DNA of 61,311 bases from an uncultured Planctomycetales bacterium (GTDB taxonomy: Bacteria; Omnitrophota; Gorgyraeia; Zapsychrales; Fredricksoniimonadaceae), in NCBI GenBank assembly GCA_964583975.1, contig CAZOXU010000011.1, positions 1 to 61,311 of the forward strand, read 5' to 3'. The position numbers and the translations under genes are program-made. The notes beneath the pieces are model-generated. The model made no database searches. It was not told where the DNA came from and was given only the letters and a program-made list of their open reading frames with translations. This document shows, piece after piece, positions 44,445 through 54,048 of the stretch. Numbering within the stretch: the stretch's first letter is position 1; the number at the start of each line of letters is the position of its first letter.

Positions 44445-45460
44445 AGTTTAACCAACTCCCCCTTGCGATTAATCGATTCAGTAATAGCCACCAAGGTACG
44501 AACTACATCGTAAGCCTTTTGAGCATTGGCAATTTCAGGGTCTTTGTGGTTCGCAATGCAATCGACGAAATACAAGGCTTGATTCTTTAAAGGTTCATTG
44601 ATCCCAATCTTTGGGATCATAATACTTCCTTCACGCGACAAAAGTTGAAATTCACCGTAGGTAGCGTAATACACATCGGTTTTCTCGACATGCTTATCAT
44701 AAAGCCTGATAGGCCCTTCAATGTCCAAATCATCCCATGTCACCATTTTCTTATCGCCCACAATAATGATATCGCGCACCTTCTTGGGATCCAACCAGCT
44801 GACGTGAATATTGACCATAATATTATTAGGATAATCTAAGGTTGCAAAAGCTAGGTCTTCTAATTTACCACCTAAACATTTATGCCCACGGGCCGAGACA
44901 CTGATCGGTGGTGAATCAAATAGATAATTAAAAATAGAAATATCATGGGGCGCTAAATCCCACAGAGCATTGACATCATAACGAAAAGGACCAAGATTAG
45001 TACGTTGCGAATTAGCATAATGCACCTTACCTAATTCACCCTTTTGGATATACTCTCGAAGTTTGACAACCCCTTGGTTAAATACAAAAATATGACCAAC
45101 CATCAGCAATTTCTTCTGCTTTTGGGCCAATTCTTTTAATTCAAGACATTCTTGGGAAGAAAGCGAGAGAGGTTTCTCACACAACACATGCTTGCCTGCT
45201 AAAAGCGCTTCTCGAGTAACTTGGACGTGATAATTAGTTGGGACAGCAACAACAACGGCATCAATGGTTGGATTATTAAGAATATCTTCATAATTTTTGA
45301 CTGCTTGAATTTGAGGATAGAGCGCTGACATGGAAGCCAGACGTCGCTCATCAAGGTCAGCACACATCAGTACTTTCGAACCGGGTAACTGTGAAAAAAT
45401 ACGAATATGATTGGGGCCCCAATGTCCACAACCGATAACACCGATAGAAATCATATGCAA
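44441..45460 (-). CDS. Gfo/Idh/MocA-family sugar oxidoreductase (WbpB-like)
   Basis: Rossmann N-terminus [13 protein letters not shown], the EKP motif (VLCEKPL) and a C-terminal alpha/beta domain. Confidence 0.83.
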   Translation of the reverse strand: MHMISIGVIGCGHWGPNHIRIFSQLPGSKVLMCADLDERRLASMSALYPQIQAVKNYEDILNNPTIDAVVVAVPTNYHVQVTREALLAGKHVLCEKPLSLSSQECLELKELAQKQKKLLMVGHIFVFNQGVVKLREYIQKGELGKVHYANSQRTNLGPFRYDVNALWDLAPHDISIFNYLFDSPPISVSARGHKCLGGKLEDLAFATLDYPNNIMVNIHVSWLDPKKVRDIIIVGDKKMVTWDDLDIEGPIRLYDKHVEKTDVYYATYGEFQLLSREGSIMIPKIGINEPLKNQALYFVDCIANHKDPEIANAQKAYDVVRTLVAITESINRKGELVKL

Positions 45461-45523
45461 ATTATACTGAAACTGGCCTCGGCCGCAAACTATTTATTCG
45501 GCATATTCTCAATGACCTTTTAC

Positions 45524-45552
45524 TTGCATTGCAAGACTTAAGCCAGTAGAAT
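45524..45552 (+). promoter_or_regulatory. Candidate sigma70 promoter giving a leaderless mRNA for the 45559 gene
   Basis: TTGCAT (45524..45529), a 17-nt spacer, then TAGAAT (45547..45552). The ATG begins 7 nt after the -10 element and there is no Shine-Dalgarno sequence. Confidence 0.4.
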
Positions 45553-45558
45553 CCCCCC

Positions 45559-45972
45559 ATGCATCAAACGGTTGCCATTTTATTAAGCCTCTGTATCGTC
45601 TTTAATGTTTACACGTTGGGCTCGCAAGTCATCCAACATCAACAACAGCCTTCCAATATGCAATTTCACAATTTGGGAGATCAATTTAAAGAAATCGCGC
45701 CGCTTTTTAATAAAATATCCAAAGCAGGTTATTATACGGATAAAGATACTAATATACCGGTCGTAATTGCTCAGTTTGAGCAAGCCCAATATCACCTTGC
45801 CCCTACTATTTTGGACCTTAATAATACTGATTACCCTTTAGTTATTTTTGACTGCACCTTACCAGCGATTGCTTTAACTAAAATGCGAGAACTAGGGCTT
45901 CAACCTATTAAAGCCAATAAATTTGGAACCATTTTGGCCGTAAACCCAAAATTTAGTGAATTAAAACCATGA
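45559..45972 (+). CDS. Hypothetical secreted protein
   Basis: 137 aa with an N-terminal signal-like segment (VAILLSLCIVFNVYTLGS). Its end overlaps the downstream start (ATGA). I recognise no family. Confidence 0.55.
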   Translation: MHQTVAILLSLCIVFNVYTLGSQVIQHQQQPSNMQFHNLGDQFKEIAPLFNKISKAGYYTDKDTNIPVVIAQFEQAQYHLAPTILDLNNTDYPLVIFDCTLPAIALTKMRELGLQPIKANKFGTILAVNPKFSELKP

Positions 45973-47261
45973 TGTATCTTTTAGCACTTACCATTGCAGT
46001 CTCAATTGGCGTTTTAGCGATCCGACTTATCACTCAAAATCGCCTAGCTCGGGAATTAAATTTCTTTCTGGGGGCTGCCTTAGGATTAGGCATCACTAGT
46101 CAGATCATCTTCTACGTGCAGCTGGTTGGCTATAACTTCAATCATTTCCTGCCCGTAGCCATTAGCTTTGCTCTTTTAGGCGTCTTATTATGGCTTAACA
46201 AAACTAGTGCCAGGCACCAGATTCCTAGACATCCACAAAAAAACTGGTGCCTGGCACTAGTTTTATCTGCCGTAGCTATTCCTTTGTGGCTTGAAGCTAA
46301 TCACTATCCCCTAGGTGGCTGGGATGCTTGGTCGTGCTGGAATTTAAAATCCAAATTCATCTACCTAGGGGAACATGCTTGGAAGGATATGTTTGATCCT
46401 GTTTTGTGGCGCAGCAATACGGGTTATCCTTTGGCCCTACCAACACTAAATGTCTGGTTCTGGCAATGGACGGGATGGACCCAGCAAGTAAGCATGTACA
46501 ATGCCATTGTTATAACCCTATTAAATGCTGGAGTTTTGCTTTCGGGTCTTTGCGTACTTGGAGTGTCTACACTTTATGCATCCTTAATCACCTTTTGTAT
46601 ATTCACTCTGAGTTTTGGCAATACTCTGTGCATCAGTCAGTATAGTGACATCCTTTTTAGCCTTTATCTACTTTCTGCATTTGTTTGCTATTTTTATTTT
46701 GAAAAATCTAAAGACAATCGCCTGCTAATACTGACTGCTATTTTCATTGGATTACTCAGTTTTACTAAGAATGAAGGAATTGCAGCCTCTGGCATCTTAA
46801 GCTTACTTATTCTTCTACGTCGCCCCCAGCCATGGTTATTCATCATTGCCTTAGTAATTTCAGCTCTGCCAACTATTATCTTCACCCTTACCATGGCTCC
46901 ACATGGTGGGGTTTTTATTAATGGTTTACTGTCGGCGGATCACCCTTCAAGCGGATCAAGACTTATTTATATTCTGACAAATACCTTATACGAATTTATT
47001 TCTATGAAATGGGCCGGACTTTGGATCATCGCAGCCATAGGACTGACTCTTTCGAAAGGCCGATCTTTAAAACAACCCTTGGTCACGGTTGGTCTATTTA
47101 TGATCTGCTTCTTGACCGTTACCTTAACTTACTATCAAATCAACACCTTCTTTGATGATATCCGATGGTGGATGGACAATACACTCAATCGCATTGTCTT
47201 TGCGCTCATGCCGAGTGTATTTCTTTGGATGGGTTTAAGTCTTTTTAAGAAGGACGCTTGA
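45969..47261 (+). CDS. Polytopic integral membrane protein, possibly a GT-C-type glycosyltransferase
   Basis: 430 aa with about 11-12 hydrophobic helices and aromatic-rich loops. The function is inferred only from topology and from the neighbouring GT2 and sugar-modification genes. Confidence 0.5.
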   Translation: MMYLLALTIAVSIGVLAIRLITQNRLARELNFFLGAALGLGITSQIIFYVQLVGYNFNHFLPVAISFALLGVLLWLNKTSARHQIPRHPQKNWCLALVLSAVAIPLWLEANHYPLGGWDAWSCWNLKSKFIYLGEHAWKDMFDPVLWRSNTGYPLALPTLNVWFWQWTGWTQQVSMYNAIVITLLNAGVLLSGLCVLGVSTLYASLITFCIFTLSFGNTLCISQYSDILFSLYLLSAFVCYFYFEKSKDNRLLILTAIFIGLLSFTKNEGIAASGILSLLILLRRPQPWLFIIALVISALPTIIFTLTMAPHGGVFINGLLSADHPSSGSRLIYILTNTLYEFISMKWAGLWIIAAIGLTLSKGRSLKQPLVTVGLFMICFLTVTLTYYQINTFFDDIRWWMDNTLNRIVFALMPSVFLWMGLSLFKKDA

Positions 47262-47724
47262 TTTTCTTAATCTTATAATTAAGAGTTCCCGCAGGCACCT
47301 TGATGGCCAAGGTGTCTTTTTCTTTATGTCCTAATAATGCTTTTCCAATGGGAGAAAAAATAGAAATTTTATTTTCTTCGTAGCTAGCTTCTTCGGGAGA
47401 GACAAGCATGTAGGTCAACTCTTCGTCGTTATCTAAATCTTCTAACGTAACAATGGCGCCAATAAATACTTTATCAGAAGGGATATTTTCATTTTCAATA
47501 ATACGAACATTGGCTAGTTGCGCTTCTAACGTGGCAATGCGAGCTTCATTGTGTGCCTGCGCATCTTTCGCTGCATCATATTCAGCATTTTCAGAGATAT
47601 CTCCTTGCGCACGTGCCTCGCCAATAGCCTTGGCAATTTTCTGACGTTCAGTTGTCTTTAAAACTTCCAACTGTTCTTGTATTTTTTGAAAACCTTTTCG
47701 AGTTAAATAAACTTCATTTCCCAT
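47245..47724 (-). CDS. greA: Transcription elongation factor GreA
   Basis: The start is set at MGNEVYLTRKGFQKIQEQLEVLK. Acidic finger tip GDISENAEYDAAK. Confidence 0.9.
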   Translation of the reverse strand: MGNEVYLTRKGFQKIQEQLEVLKTTERQKIAKAIGEARAQGDISENAEYDAAKDAQAHNEARIATLEAQLANVRIIENENIPSDKVFIGAIVTLEDLDNDEELTYMLVSPEEASYEENKISIFSPIGKALLGHKEKDTLAIKVPAGTLNYKIKKIKRPS

Positions 47725-47806
47725 AAATTCACCTCTGGTTAATAAAAACATATCCCGCTTCAAAATATAAGCGGGATATTGTCAAACCTCTGCTTCGATC
47801 AAATAA

Positions 47807-48037
47807 TTACATTGTTGCAATAGCTTTGGTCAAAATAGGAGCAACAGCAATTGCTTCATCTTTGGATAAACGGCCAAGTTTCGTATAGCTCCAAGCCCCA
47901 TCAATTAAATTTTCGCGGCTTATTTGCAATTTTTTAGGCGCACCATTGTATGAAAAAACACCGACAGTCAAACGAGTATTCTCAAAATCAAGCACTTCTT
48001 TGAAGGTTGAAGCATCTAAACTGGCATCATAAGGCAT
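47807..48037 (-). CDS. Small conserved hypothetical protein, possibly a PC4/YdbC-like ssDNA-binding fold
   Basis: 76 aa. The pattern VFSYNGAPKKLQISRENLIDGAWSYTKLGRLSKDEA is reminiscent of PC4-like K-x-I-S/D-IRE...G...KKGI-L proteins. The family call is weak. Confidence 0.4.
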   Translation of the reverse strand: MPYDASLDASTFKEVLDFENTRLTVGVFSYNGAPKKLQISRENLIDGAWSYTKLGRLSKDEAIAVAPILTKAIATM

Positions 48038-48062
48038 ATCTTTTATCCTTTCAAACTGGTTA

Positions 48063-48359
48063 TTACGATAAACCTGGAATATTTAAACCAGGCATGCTTT
48101 TCATTTTATTGGCTGCGGCTTGCTGCGATTTCTTGACCGCGCTATTAATACTGCGCAACAAATCCATCTGAATACGGTTCTTTTGGGCTGGATTCAGAAG
48201 ACTCTCATCAACTTCGATAGACTGGAAAATCTGAGCACCATTAATCTTAACCTTAATCGGACGCACATCATTGACTTCAATGGTGATTGCTTCCAACTCT
48301 TTCTTTAACTGATCTGCTTTCTTTTTGAGCTCCATGAGCTCTTTAACTTTATCAAACAT
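48063..48359 (-). CDS. ybaB: YbaB/EbfC-family nucleoid-associated protein
   Basis: 98 aa with the N-terminal helix MFDKVKELMELKKKADQLKKELE and the typical ~100-aa size. Confidence 0.78.
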   Translation of the reverse strand: MFDKVKELMELKKKADQLKKELEAITIEVNDVRPIKVKINGAQIFQSIEVDESLLNPAQKNRIQMDLLRSINSAVKKSQQAAANKMKSMPGLNIPGLS

Positions 48360-48426
48360 AAATTTCCTTTCTAAAGATTCTTAATTATATACATTAAAGT
48401 ATGATTATTTGCAAGCAATTGTCTTT

Positions 48427-48720
48427 CTACTGTAAACGTGTTGCGATATCCGACAATGTCTTGACCAAAAATTGCCTTAAAAAAATAATCCCTAAAAACG
48501 CAACGATCGGTGAAAAATCAATCGGCATTTGAGGCAAAATGCGACGAATGGGTTCTAAAATAGGCTCTGTGGCACGATGCAAGAACTGCACAATAGGGTT
48601 AAATGGATCAGGTGAAACCCAGCTAATTAAAGCCCTGATCAATATTAGCCAATACATCACAGACAAAAGAATATTGACCAATACGGCTAATGCGTTTACA
48701 AAATTACCCATTACAAACAT
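48427..48720 (-). CDS. yggT: YggT-family membrane protein
   Basis: LILIRALISWVSPDPFNPIVQFLHRATEPILEPIRRILP is the YggT signature region. Confidence 0.82.
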   Translation of the reverse strand: MFVMGNFVNALAVLVNILLSVMYWLILIRALISWVSPDPFNPIVQFLHRATEPILEPIRRILPQMPIDFSPIVAFLGIIFLRQFLVKTLSDIATRLQ

Positions 48721-48734
48721 ATGAACCCCTTATA

Positions 48735-49328
48735 TTAAAATATTTTAAATAAACTACCTTCAATTAATTTATTCTCAAAACGATTAATCAAACGCTTACT
48801 TTTCTTGGAAATATACTTCCACTCATCTAACACTTCACTTAAATCGGCTGTTGTCTGCTGAATTGAAATCGCGGTACGGGTAATCACAGCAGCCATATCT
48901 TCCACGTTTAAAGGATCTTCTCCGATGATAGGTTTATTCATATCAAACATCTTATGCGCATGATCCTCACTGATCTCCACAAGTTTCTGACCTAACACAC
49001 CCTCTGTTTTAATAGCCACCCTGGAACATTTACGAAATTGAAATTCATATTTCTTGAAGATATTTAAAGTAACCTTTAAACTTCTATCTTCCAAAGGCTG
49101 CGTTAAAAAATCAATATTGCCTACCACACCAACATTGACCCCCGACATACGTATAGGAGCTCCATCCACCAATCCACCAACCTCATTAAAAAGAACAATG
49201 GCTTGGAACTTTGGTTGGGTTAAACCACGATCAAAACCAATGACAAAAATGGCCCCTACAATTAACCCTATACCAAATATAAAAAACAAACCCGCAAGAA
49301 TCCTTTTTAACTGACTATGATCCTCCAT
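48735..49328 (-). CDS. mlaD: MlaD-like MCE-domain protein
   Basis: N-terminal TM helix and an MCE domain (VLFNEVGGLVDGAPIRMSGVNVGVV). It sits in the operon with mlaE and mlaF. Confidence 0.8.
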   Translation of the reverse strand: MEDHSQLKRILAGLFFIFGIGLIVGAIFVIGFDRGLTQPKFQAIVLFNEVGGLVDGAPIRMSGVNVGVVGNIDFLTQPLEDRSLKVTLNIFKKYEFQFRKCSRVAIKTEGVLGQKLVEISEDHAHKMFDMNKPIIGEDPLNVEDMAAVITRTAISIQQTTADLSEVLDEWKYISKKSKRLINRFENKLIEGSLFKIF

Positions 49329-49345
49329 AATTCTCTCCTAACAGG

Positions 49346-49383
49346 GCCCCAACGTCTTGCTGTCGCAAGACAGCAGTTGGGGC
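49346..49383. promoter_or_regulatory. Strong GC-rich stem-loop in the mlaF-mlaD spacer
   Basis: GCCCCAAC ... GTTGGGGC forms an 8-bp outer stem. An inner stem TGCTGTC/GACAGCA carries a GCAA loop. It begins 2 nt after the mlaF stop and ends just before the mlaD RBS (GGAGAG). No T-run follows. Confidence 0.6.
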
Positions 49384-49385
49384 GA

Positions 49386-50120
49386 TTATACTGATACCAC
49401 CGACGGTTTTAGAAATTCTTTAACAAATGGATGTTGGCATTTTAATAAATCTTCCTTACAACCAATCACTTCAATACGCCCTTCATTAAGGATCGCTAAT
49501 CGATCAGCTATCCTAAAAGAATTAACAACATCATGCGAAGTAATGACAGTCGTAGCCCCTATTTTTTTGACTACTTGACGGATTAAATTAGAAATATCAT
49601 AACTGCGAACCGGATCCAAACCAGATGTCGGCTCATCACATAAAAGTATTTTAGCCCCTAAAACAATAGCTCGAGCCAACCCCACACGTTTTTTCATACC
49701 CCCCGAAAGCTCAGAAGGCATCTTACTTTCCACATCCTCTAAATCCACCATGTTTAAAACTTCACGAACCTTGTCACGAATCTGTTGTGGATTTAAACTC
49801 GTATGTTCTCGCAAAGGGAAGGCCACATTATCAAAAACATCCATAAAATCATACAAAGCCCCTTCTTGAAAAAGGTAACCAAAATTCTTACGTATTTCTA
49901 ATTGATCTTTTTGTGTTAAATGGGTAATGTCCTGGCCATCAATCATAACCGAACCAGCCTCAGGCTTTAAAAGCCCTATTAAGTGTTTCAATAATACCGT
50001 TTTACCCGTACCACTAGGTCCCAAAAAGACCAAAATCTCACCTGCAGCTACTTCAAAGCTAATATCATCTAGAACCTTCTCACTACTAAAAGATTTTGTT
50101 AAGTGCTCAACCTTAATCAT
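49386..50120 (-). CDS. mlaF: MlaF-like ABC transporter ATP-binding protein
   Basis: The start is set at MIKVEHLTKSF. Walker A GPSGTGKT, signature LSGGMKKR and Walker B LLCDEPTSGLD. Confidence 0.88.
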   Translation of the reverse strand: MIKVEHLTKSFSSEKVLDDISFEVAAGEILVFLGPSGTGKTVLLKHLIGLLKPEAGSVMIDGQDITHLTQKDQLEIRKNFGYLFQEGALYDFMDVFDNVAFPLREHTSLNPQQIRDKVREVLNMVDLEDVESKMPSELSGGMKKRVGLARAIVLGAKILLCDEPTSGLDPVRSYDISNLIRQVVKKIGATTVITSHDVVNSFRIADRLAILNEGRIEVIGCKEDLLKCQHPFVKEFLKPSVVSV

Positions 50121-50463
50121 GGTCCCTTTTTTCAAAATATCGGAATTTATTCTTAGCAAATTTTGTATAAAGACGTTTATATGGTTTGGTATCTACCTTA
50201 TCTACAAAGATTTGAACGCCTTTGTATTCACTGACCTGATAAACTTCCATATCCAATAAAACTTCCACATCATTAATGGGATACCATCGTTTCCCTTCAT
50301 ATTCGATCGGTTGACCTTCACGAATCCAACCAGCTTCAACATCAGGAACGCGGTAACTTTGCAACTGTCCTTCATTTTGATTTGGCGTGTGTGAACAGCC
50401 CACCAACCATGCACTAAGAGTTATCGTTCCTAAACTTCCCATCATCAATCTTTTGAAAATCAT
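50113..50463 (-). CDS. Hypothetical lipoprotein encoded between mlaE and mlaF
   Basis: Lipobox LVGC|S after a signal peptide. 116 aa. It overlaps the mlaF start by 8 nt. Confidence 0.55.
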   Translation of the reverse strand: MIFKRLMMGSLGTITLSAWLVGCSHTPNQNEGQLQSYRVPDVEAGWIREGQPIEYEGKRWYPINDVEVLLDMEVYQVSEYKGVQIFVDKVDTKPYKRLYTKFAKNKFRYFEKRDHD

Positions 50464-50464
50464 A

Positions 50465-51241
50465 TTAACCCCAAACTGTTAAAATAAGTATTGTTAATAA
50501 TGCATTTGATAAAATTACAGCCATATACGAATTAGCAACTGCACGGGTCGTAAATCGTCCGACTCCCAATGCCCCTCCCGATGTAAAAAACCCTTGATAG
50601 CAACAAATCCAAGCAATAATAATAGAAAAAAAGAATGCTTTAATCATGCCACTTAAGAAATCTACATAATGAATAGATTGAATCGTATGTTTTAAGTAAA
50701 TTGCTCCCGACAATTGAGCATGAAAAACACCCACTAAGTACCCTCCCCAAATACCAACTAATTCGGAAATAATCACCAAAACCGGCATCACGAGCACGCA
50801 AGCTAAAAAACGCGGCACTACCAAGAATTCAATAGGATCTACACCTAACGCTCGCGTCGCTTGAATCTGTTCATGTGTATTCATGGTCCCTAATTCAGCC
50901 GTGATTCCTGCCCCAGATTTTCCTGAATAAATAAAAGCTGTAAATACAGGGCTCAACTCACGCACTAATGATAACGCAACTAACGGAGCTATAAATTCTC
51001 GTGCGCCAAAACGCTGCAAGGTGATTGACCCCTGCAATCCCAACACCACACCAGAAGCTATTGATGATAAAATAATGATGACAACCGACTGCACACCCTG
51101 GTAATACACCTGCTGTAACACTTGATCGAATCTCACCTTTCCAGAAAATATGACCTTAAGCACATCCCCCAGAAAGAACACCGCATCTCCAGCAGCCATA
51201 ATACGTTGATTTGTCTTTTTTAAAAAAGCAGATTTCATCAT
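50465..51241 (-). CDS. mlaE: MlaE-like ABC transporter permease
   Basis: 258 aa with MlaE-type conserved stretches (REL.P...A....GRSGA-like SGKSGAGITAELGTM, MP.L). Confidence 0.87.
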   Translation of the reverse strand: MMKSAFLKKTNQRIMAAGDAVFFLGDVLKVIFSGKVRFDQVLQQVYYQGVQSVVIIILSSIASGVVLGLQGSITLQRFGAREFIAPLVALSLVRELSPVFTAFIYSGKSGAGITAELGTMNTHEQIQATRALGVDPIEFLVVPRFLACVLVMPVLVIISELVGIWGGYLVGVFHAQLSGAIYLKHTIQSIHYVDFLSGMIKAFFFSIIIAWICCYQGFFTSGGALGVGRFTTRAVANSYMAVILSNALLTILILTVWG

Positions 51242-51726
51242 TTTGATTTAATCCAAATCTTTTCAAATTCTTGTGTGATCTTAGCTTGCTGAGTCAGCGA
51301 AATATATTTCGAGGTTTTTTCCTGTTTACCAGCCGAAACCATCTTCGATTTCTTCGCGATCTTCCCTATAAATTCCTGCACACTCAATACTTGGGCCCCT
51401 AAAGCCCTAACATAAAACTTAATTCCCTTATCATTACTGACAACCACAAATTTCTTTTTGGGGCTCGCTTCAACTATGTTTCTAATCACATCATCGGCTG
51501 ATTCGCCTTTACTAAAAATAACTTTTATGCCATGCACGGATTGAAAGCTAGAAAACTCTTCCTTACCATCAAAAACAACTGTCATTTCATTACGTGAATT
51601 GCTCTGCGATCCATGAATACTGATCCAATTTAAAAGAGCCAGACGCTGGACTTCAAGCGTTCCGTGATTCAAGCTGGACGTCTGTTTGATGATGTTGTAC
51701 CCGTCTAGCAGAAAATGTAGTGACAT
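51238..51726 (-). CDS. NYN/PIN-like YacP (Rae1-type) domain protein
   Basis: N-terminal LLDGYNIIK and VVFDG motifs. 162 aa. Confidence 0.72.
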   Translation of the reverse strand: MSLHFLLDGYNIIKQTSSLNHGTLEVQRLALLNWISIHGSQSNSRNEMTVVFDGKEEFSSFQSVHGIKVIFSKGESADDVIRNIVEASPKKKFVVVSNDKGIKFYVRALGAQVLSVQEFIGKIAKKSKMVSAGKQEKTSKYISLTQQAKITQEFEKIWIKSK

Positions 51727-52645
51727 ACCAAAGCCCTCCCAGGAGTCCTACCAACACCATAAAAGTAAAATTGAGCAGACTCAAAGCTAAAGCCACATTT
51801 TGTGGCACCCCCACCTTGGCCAACAAATAGACCCAACCAATTTCTCTGACTCCCAAACCACCAATCGAAGGCAAGGAAGTGACCACACAGACCAAAGGGG
51901 AGAAAATAATAAAATAAACAAATGGGATATCTTGATGCAATCCCTGGGCTACCAAATAAAAATCATACGCCAGCATCACTTGGGCCAGCATGGAAAGCCC
52001 CAAGGTCATGGCAAATTCCTTCTTTCTATCTCTCATCAAAATAAGGTCATGGTGAAGCTTCATGAGCGCTTCCCTCACCTTAGGCAAAGACTCAAACAAC
52101 TTGCATACAAAAGCAAAAACTCGACGACTAAATAAAATAACGCCTAAAACCACAATGACTCCAGTCAAACTAGCAATAGATGTCAAAAGTGATGCATCCC
52201 CAACAATCTTACGACTAAAAAAGAACGAAACAGAAGCTACTAATACAATCCCTACCATACCTGTCAAACGATCTAAAACAATAGACGCAAATACTTTTGG
52301 TTTATTGCCTGTCTGGCTCGCTATCCCAAAAGCTTTTATGACATCCCCACCTACCGAAGTTGGTAAGAATAAATTAAAAAACTGTCCGATAAAAAACCAT
52401 CGGGCAGCATTTAAACGGTCAAATTTTAAATTTAATGCTTTTAAGAAAATAATCCAACGCCATAAGATCACGGCACAGGTGCTAAAGAAAATCAGGAAGG
52501 CCATTAATAAATATGCAGGGTCTGCTTCTTTGACAGCGGCCCAAGTGTGTTTGTAATCGATGCGGCTAAATAACCATCCTAAAAGGATTCCGCTTAGACC
52601 AAAACGTAAAAACAACGTCCAAATTGTTTTAAACTTTTCTTTCAT
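51653..52645 (-). CDS. UPF0104 / lysylphosphatidylglycerol-synthase-TM-region (flippase-like) membrane protein
   Basis: The N-terminus FLRFGLSGILLGWLFSRIDYKHTWAAVKEADPAYLL and about 8 TM helices are typical of the family. Confidence 0.72.
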   Translation of the reverse strand: MKEKFKTIWTLFLRFGLSGILLGWLFSRIDYKHTWAAVKEADPAYLLMAFLIFFSTCAVILWRWIIFLKALNLKFDRLNAARWFFIGQFFNLFLPTSVGGDVIKAFGIASQTGNKPKVFASIVLDRLTGMVGIVLVASVSFFFSRKIVGDASLLTSIASLTGVIVVLGVILFSRRVFAFVCKLFESLPKVREALMKLHHDLILMRDRKKEFAMTLGLSMLAQVMLAYDFYLVAQGLHQDIPFVYFIIFSPLVCVVTSLPSIGGLGVREIGWVYLLAKVGVPQNVALALSLLNFTFMVLVGLLGGLWYVTTFSARRVQHHQTDVQLESRNA

Positions 52646-53565
52646 CGACCTAAAGCCTCGCTGTAACCTTTTTCAGCAATGTAAGAACTACGCACCAAAG
52701 GACCGCTTTCAACATATTTAAATCCCATTTCCAGACCTAAAACACGAAAATCTTCAAACTCAGCAGGGGTGACGAATCTTTGAACCGGTAAATGTCTTTT
52801 CATGCGGGTGGGAGCCAGATATTGTCCAATAGTTAAAATTTGACAGCCGCTGTCTAAAAGCTGCTGCATTAATTCAAGAACTTCTTGCCTGGTTTCGCCT
52901 AAGCCCACCATAAAAGAAGATTTTACAAACGAGGTAGGATTTAATTGAGCAAAGCGTTGCAAAACTCTTAAAGATCTTTCATGCGACGCTTGGGGGCGAA
53001 TATTATCACTTAATCGGCTGACGGTTTCGATATTATGCCCTATCACCTCTGGCGCAGCCTTGCTTAAAATCTCTAAAGACTCCTCTTTGGCTGAGAAATC
53101 AGGTATTAAAACTTCAATCTTCACCTCAGGAGTCAGTGTGCGTATCGCCTTAATCGTATCGGCAAAATGATTGGCCCCTTCATCTTTAAGATCATCTCGA
53201 GCTACCGAAGTGATCACCACATACCTAAGTTTAAGTTTCTGGACTGCAAGCGCTACTTTTTGAGGTTCATCAATATCTAAAACATCTGGTCTGCCAGCTG
53301 GTACAGAACAAAAACGACAGGCACGTGTGCAGGTCCCACCTAAGATCATAAAAGTAGCCACCCCGGCCTTCCAGCAGGTACCCATATTAGGACAATTGGC
53401 ACTCTCGCAAACCGTATGCAATCCTGAAGAACGAAACAAAGCCTTCATGGAATTGATCTGGTCCATTTCTGGTAGCGGCTGCTTAAACCACTCAGGGAGC
53501 ACATTTAAACCATTATCAAATTTCTTAAGCGCGGTCGTGTTCATTGTCTTGGTCTTTTCCAACAT
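52642..53565 (-). CDS. lipA: Lipoyl synthase
   Basis: CESANCPNMGTCW and TCTRACRFC cluster motifs. Confidence 0.92.
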   Translation of the reverse strand: MLEKTKTMNTTALKKFDNGLNVLPEWFKQPLPEMDQINSMKALFRSSGLHTVCESANCPNMGTCWKAGVATFMILGGTCTRACRFCSVPAGRPDVLDIDEPQKVALAVQKLKLRYVVITSVARDDLKDEGANHFADTIKAIRTLTPEVKIEVLIPDFSAKEESLEILSKAAPEVIGHNIETVSRLSDNIRPQASHERSLRVLQRFAQLNPTSFVKSSFMVGLGETRQEVLELMQQLLDSGCQILTIGQYLAPTRMKRHLPVQRFVTPAEFEDFRVLGLEMGFKYVESGPLVRSSYIAEKGYSEALGR

Positions 53566-54043
53566 AAATCCCGTCTTTAATCTCTTTGAGGACTATTTTG
53601 CGCTCCGAAGGTGTGAGGTAATCCAAAATCAACTTGCCTTGCAAATGGTCGTTTTCATGCTGAAAAACCTTGGCTAAAAGTCCGGAAACTTTGGCCCTCA
53701 CTACTTCATTGTTTTCATCGATAAATTCAACTTCTAAATCCTTAGCTCTTTTGACGTTCACATGAAGATTAGGAATGCTTAAACACCCTTCTTCAGATTC
53801 TTCCGAGCCAGAGGACTTTATGATTTTAGGATTAATAATAGCCAAAGCATCCTTACCCGTATCTACGACAAAAATCTGTTCATTAATGCCCACTTGAGGG
53901 GCTGCCAACCCGATTCCTTTTTGCGCACGCATCGTATCAAACATCGATGCAATCAAAATACGTTCAGCAGGACCAACTTCTTTGACCGGCTTAGATTTGG
54001 CCCTCAGACAAGAATCTCCGTATAAACGAATTTTCAGCTGCAT
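53525..54043 (-). CDS. def: Peptide deformylase
   Basis: GIGLAAPQVG, EGCLS and HENDHL motifs. Confidence 0.92.
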   Translation of the reverse strand: MQLKIRLYGDSCLRAKSKPVKEVGPAERILIASMFDTMRAQKGIGLAAPQVGINEQIFVVDTGKDALAIINPKIIKSSGSEESEEGCLSIPNLHVNVKRAKDLEVEFIDENNEVVRAKVSGLLAKVFQHENDHLQGKLILDYLTPSERKIVLKEIKDGIYVGKDQDNEHDRA

Positions 54044-54048
54044 AGGGC

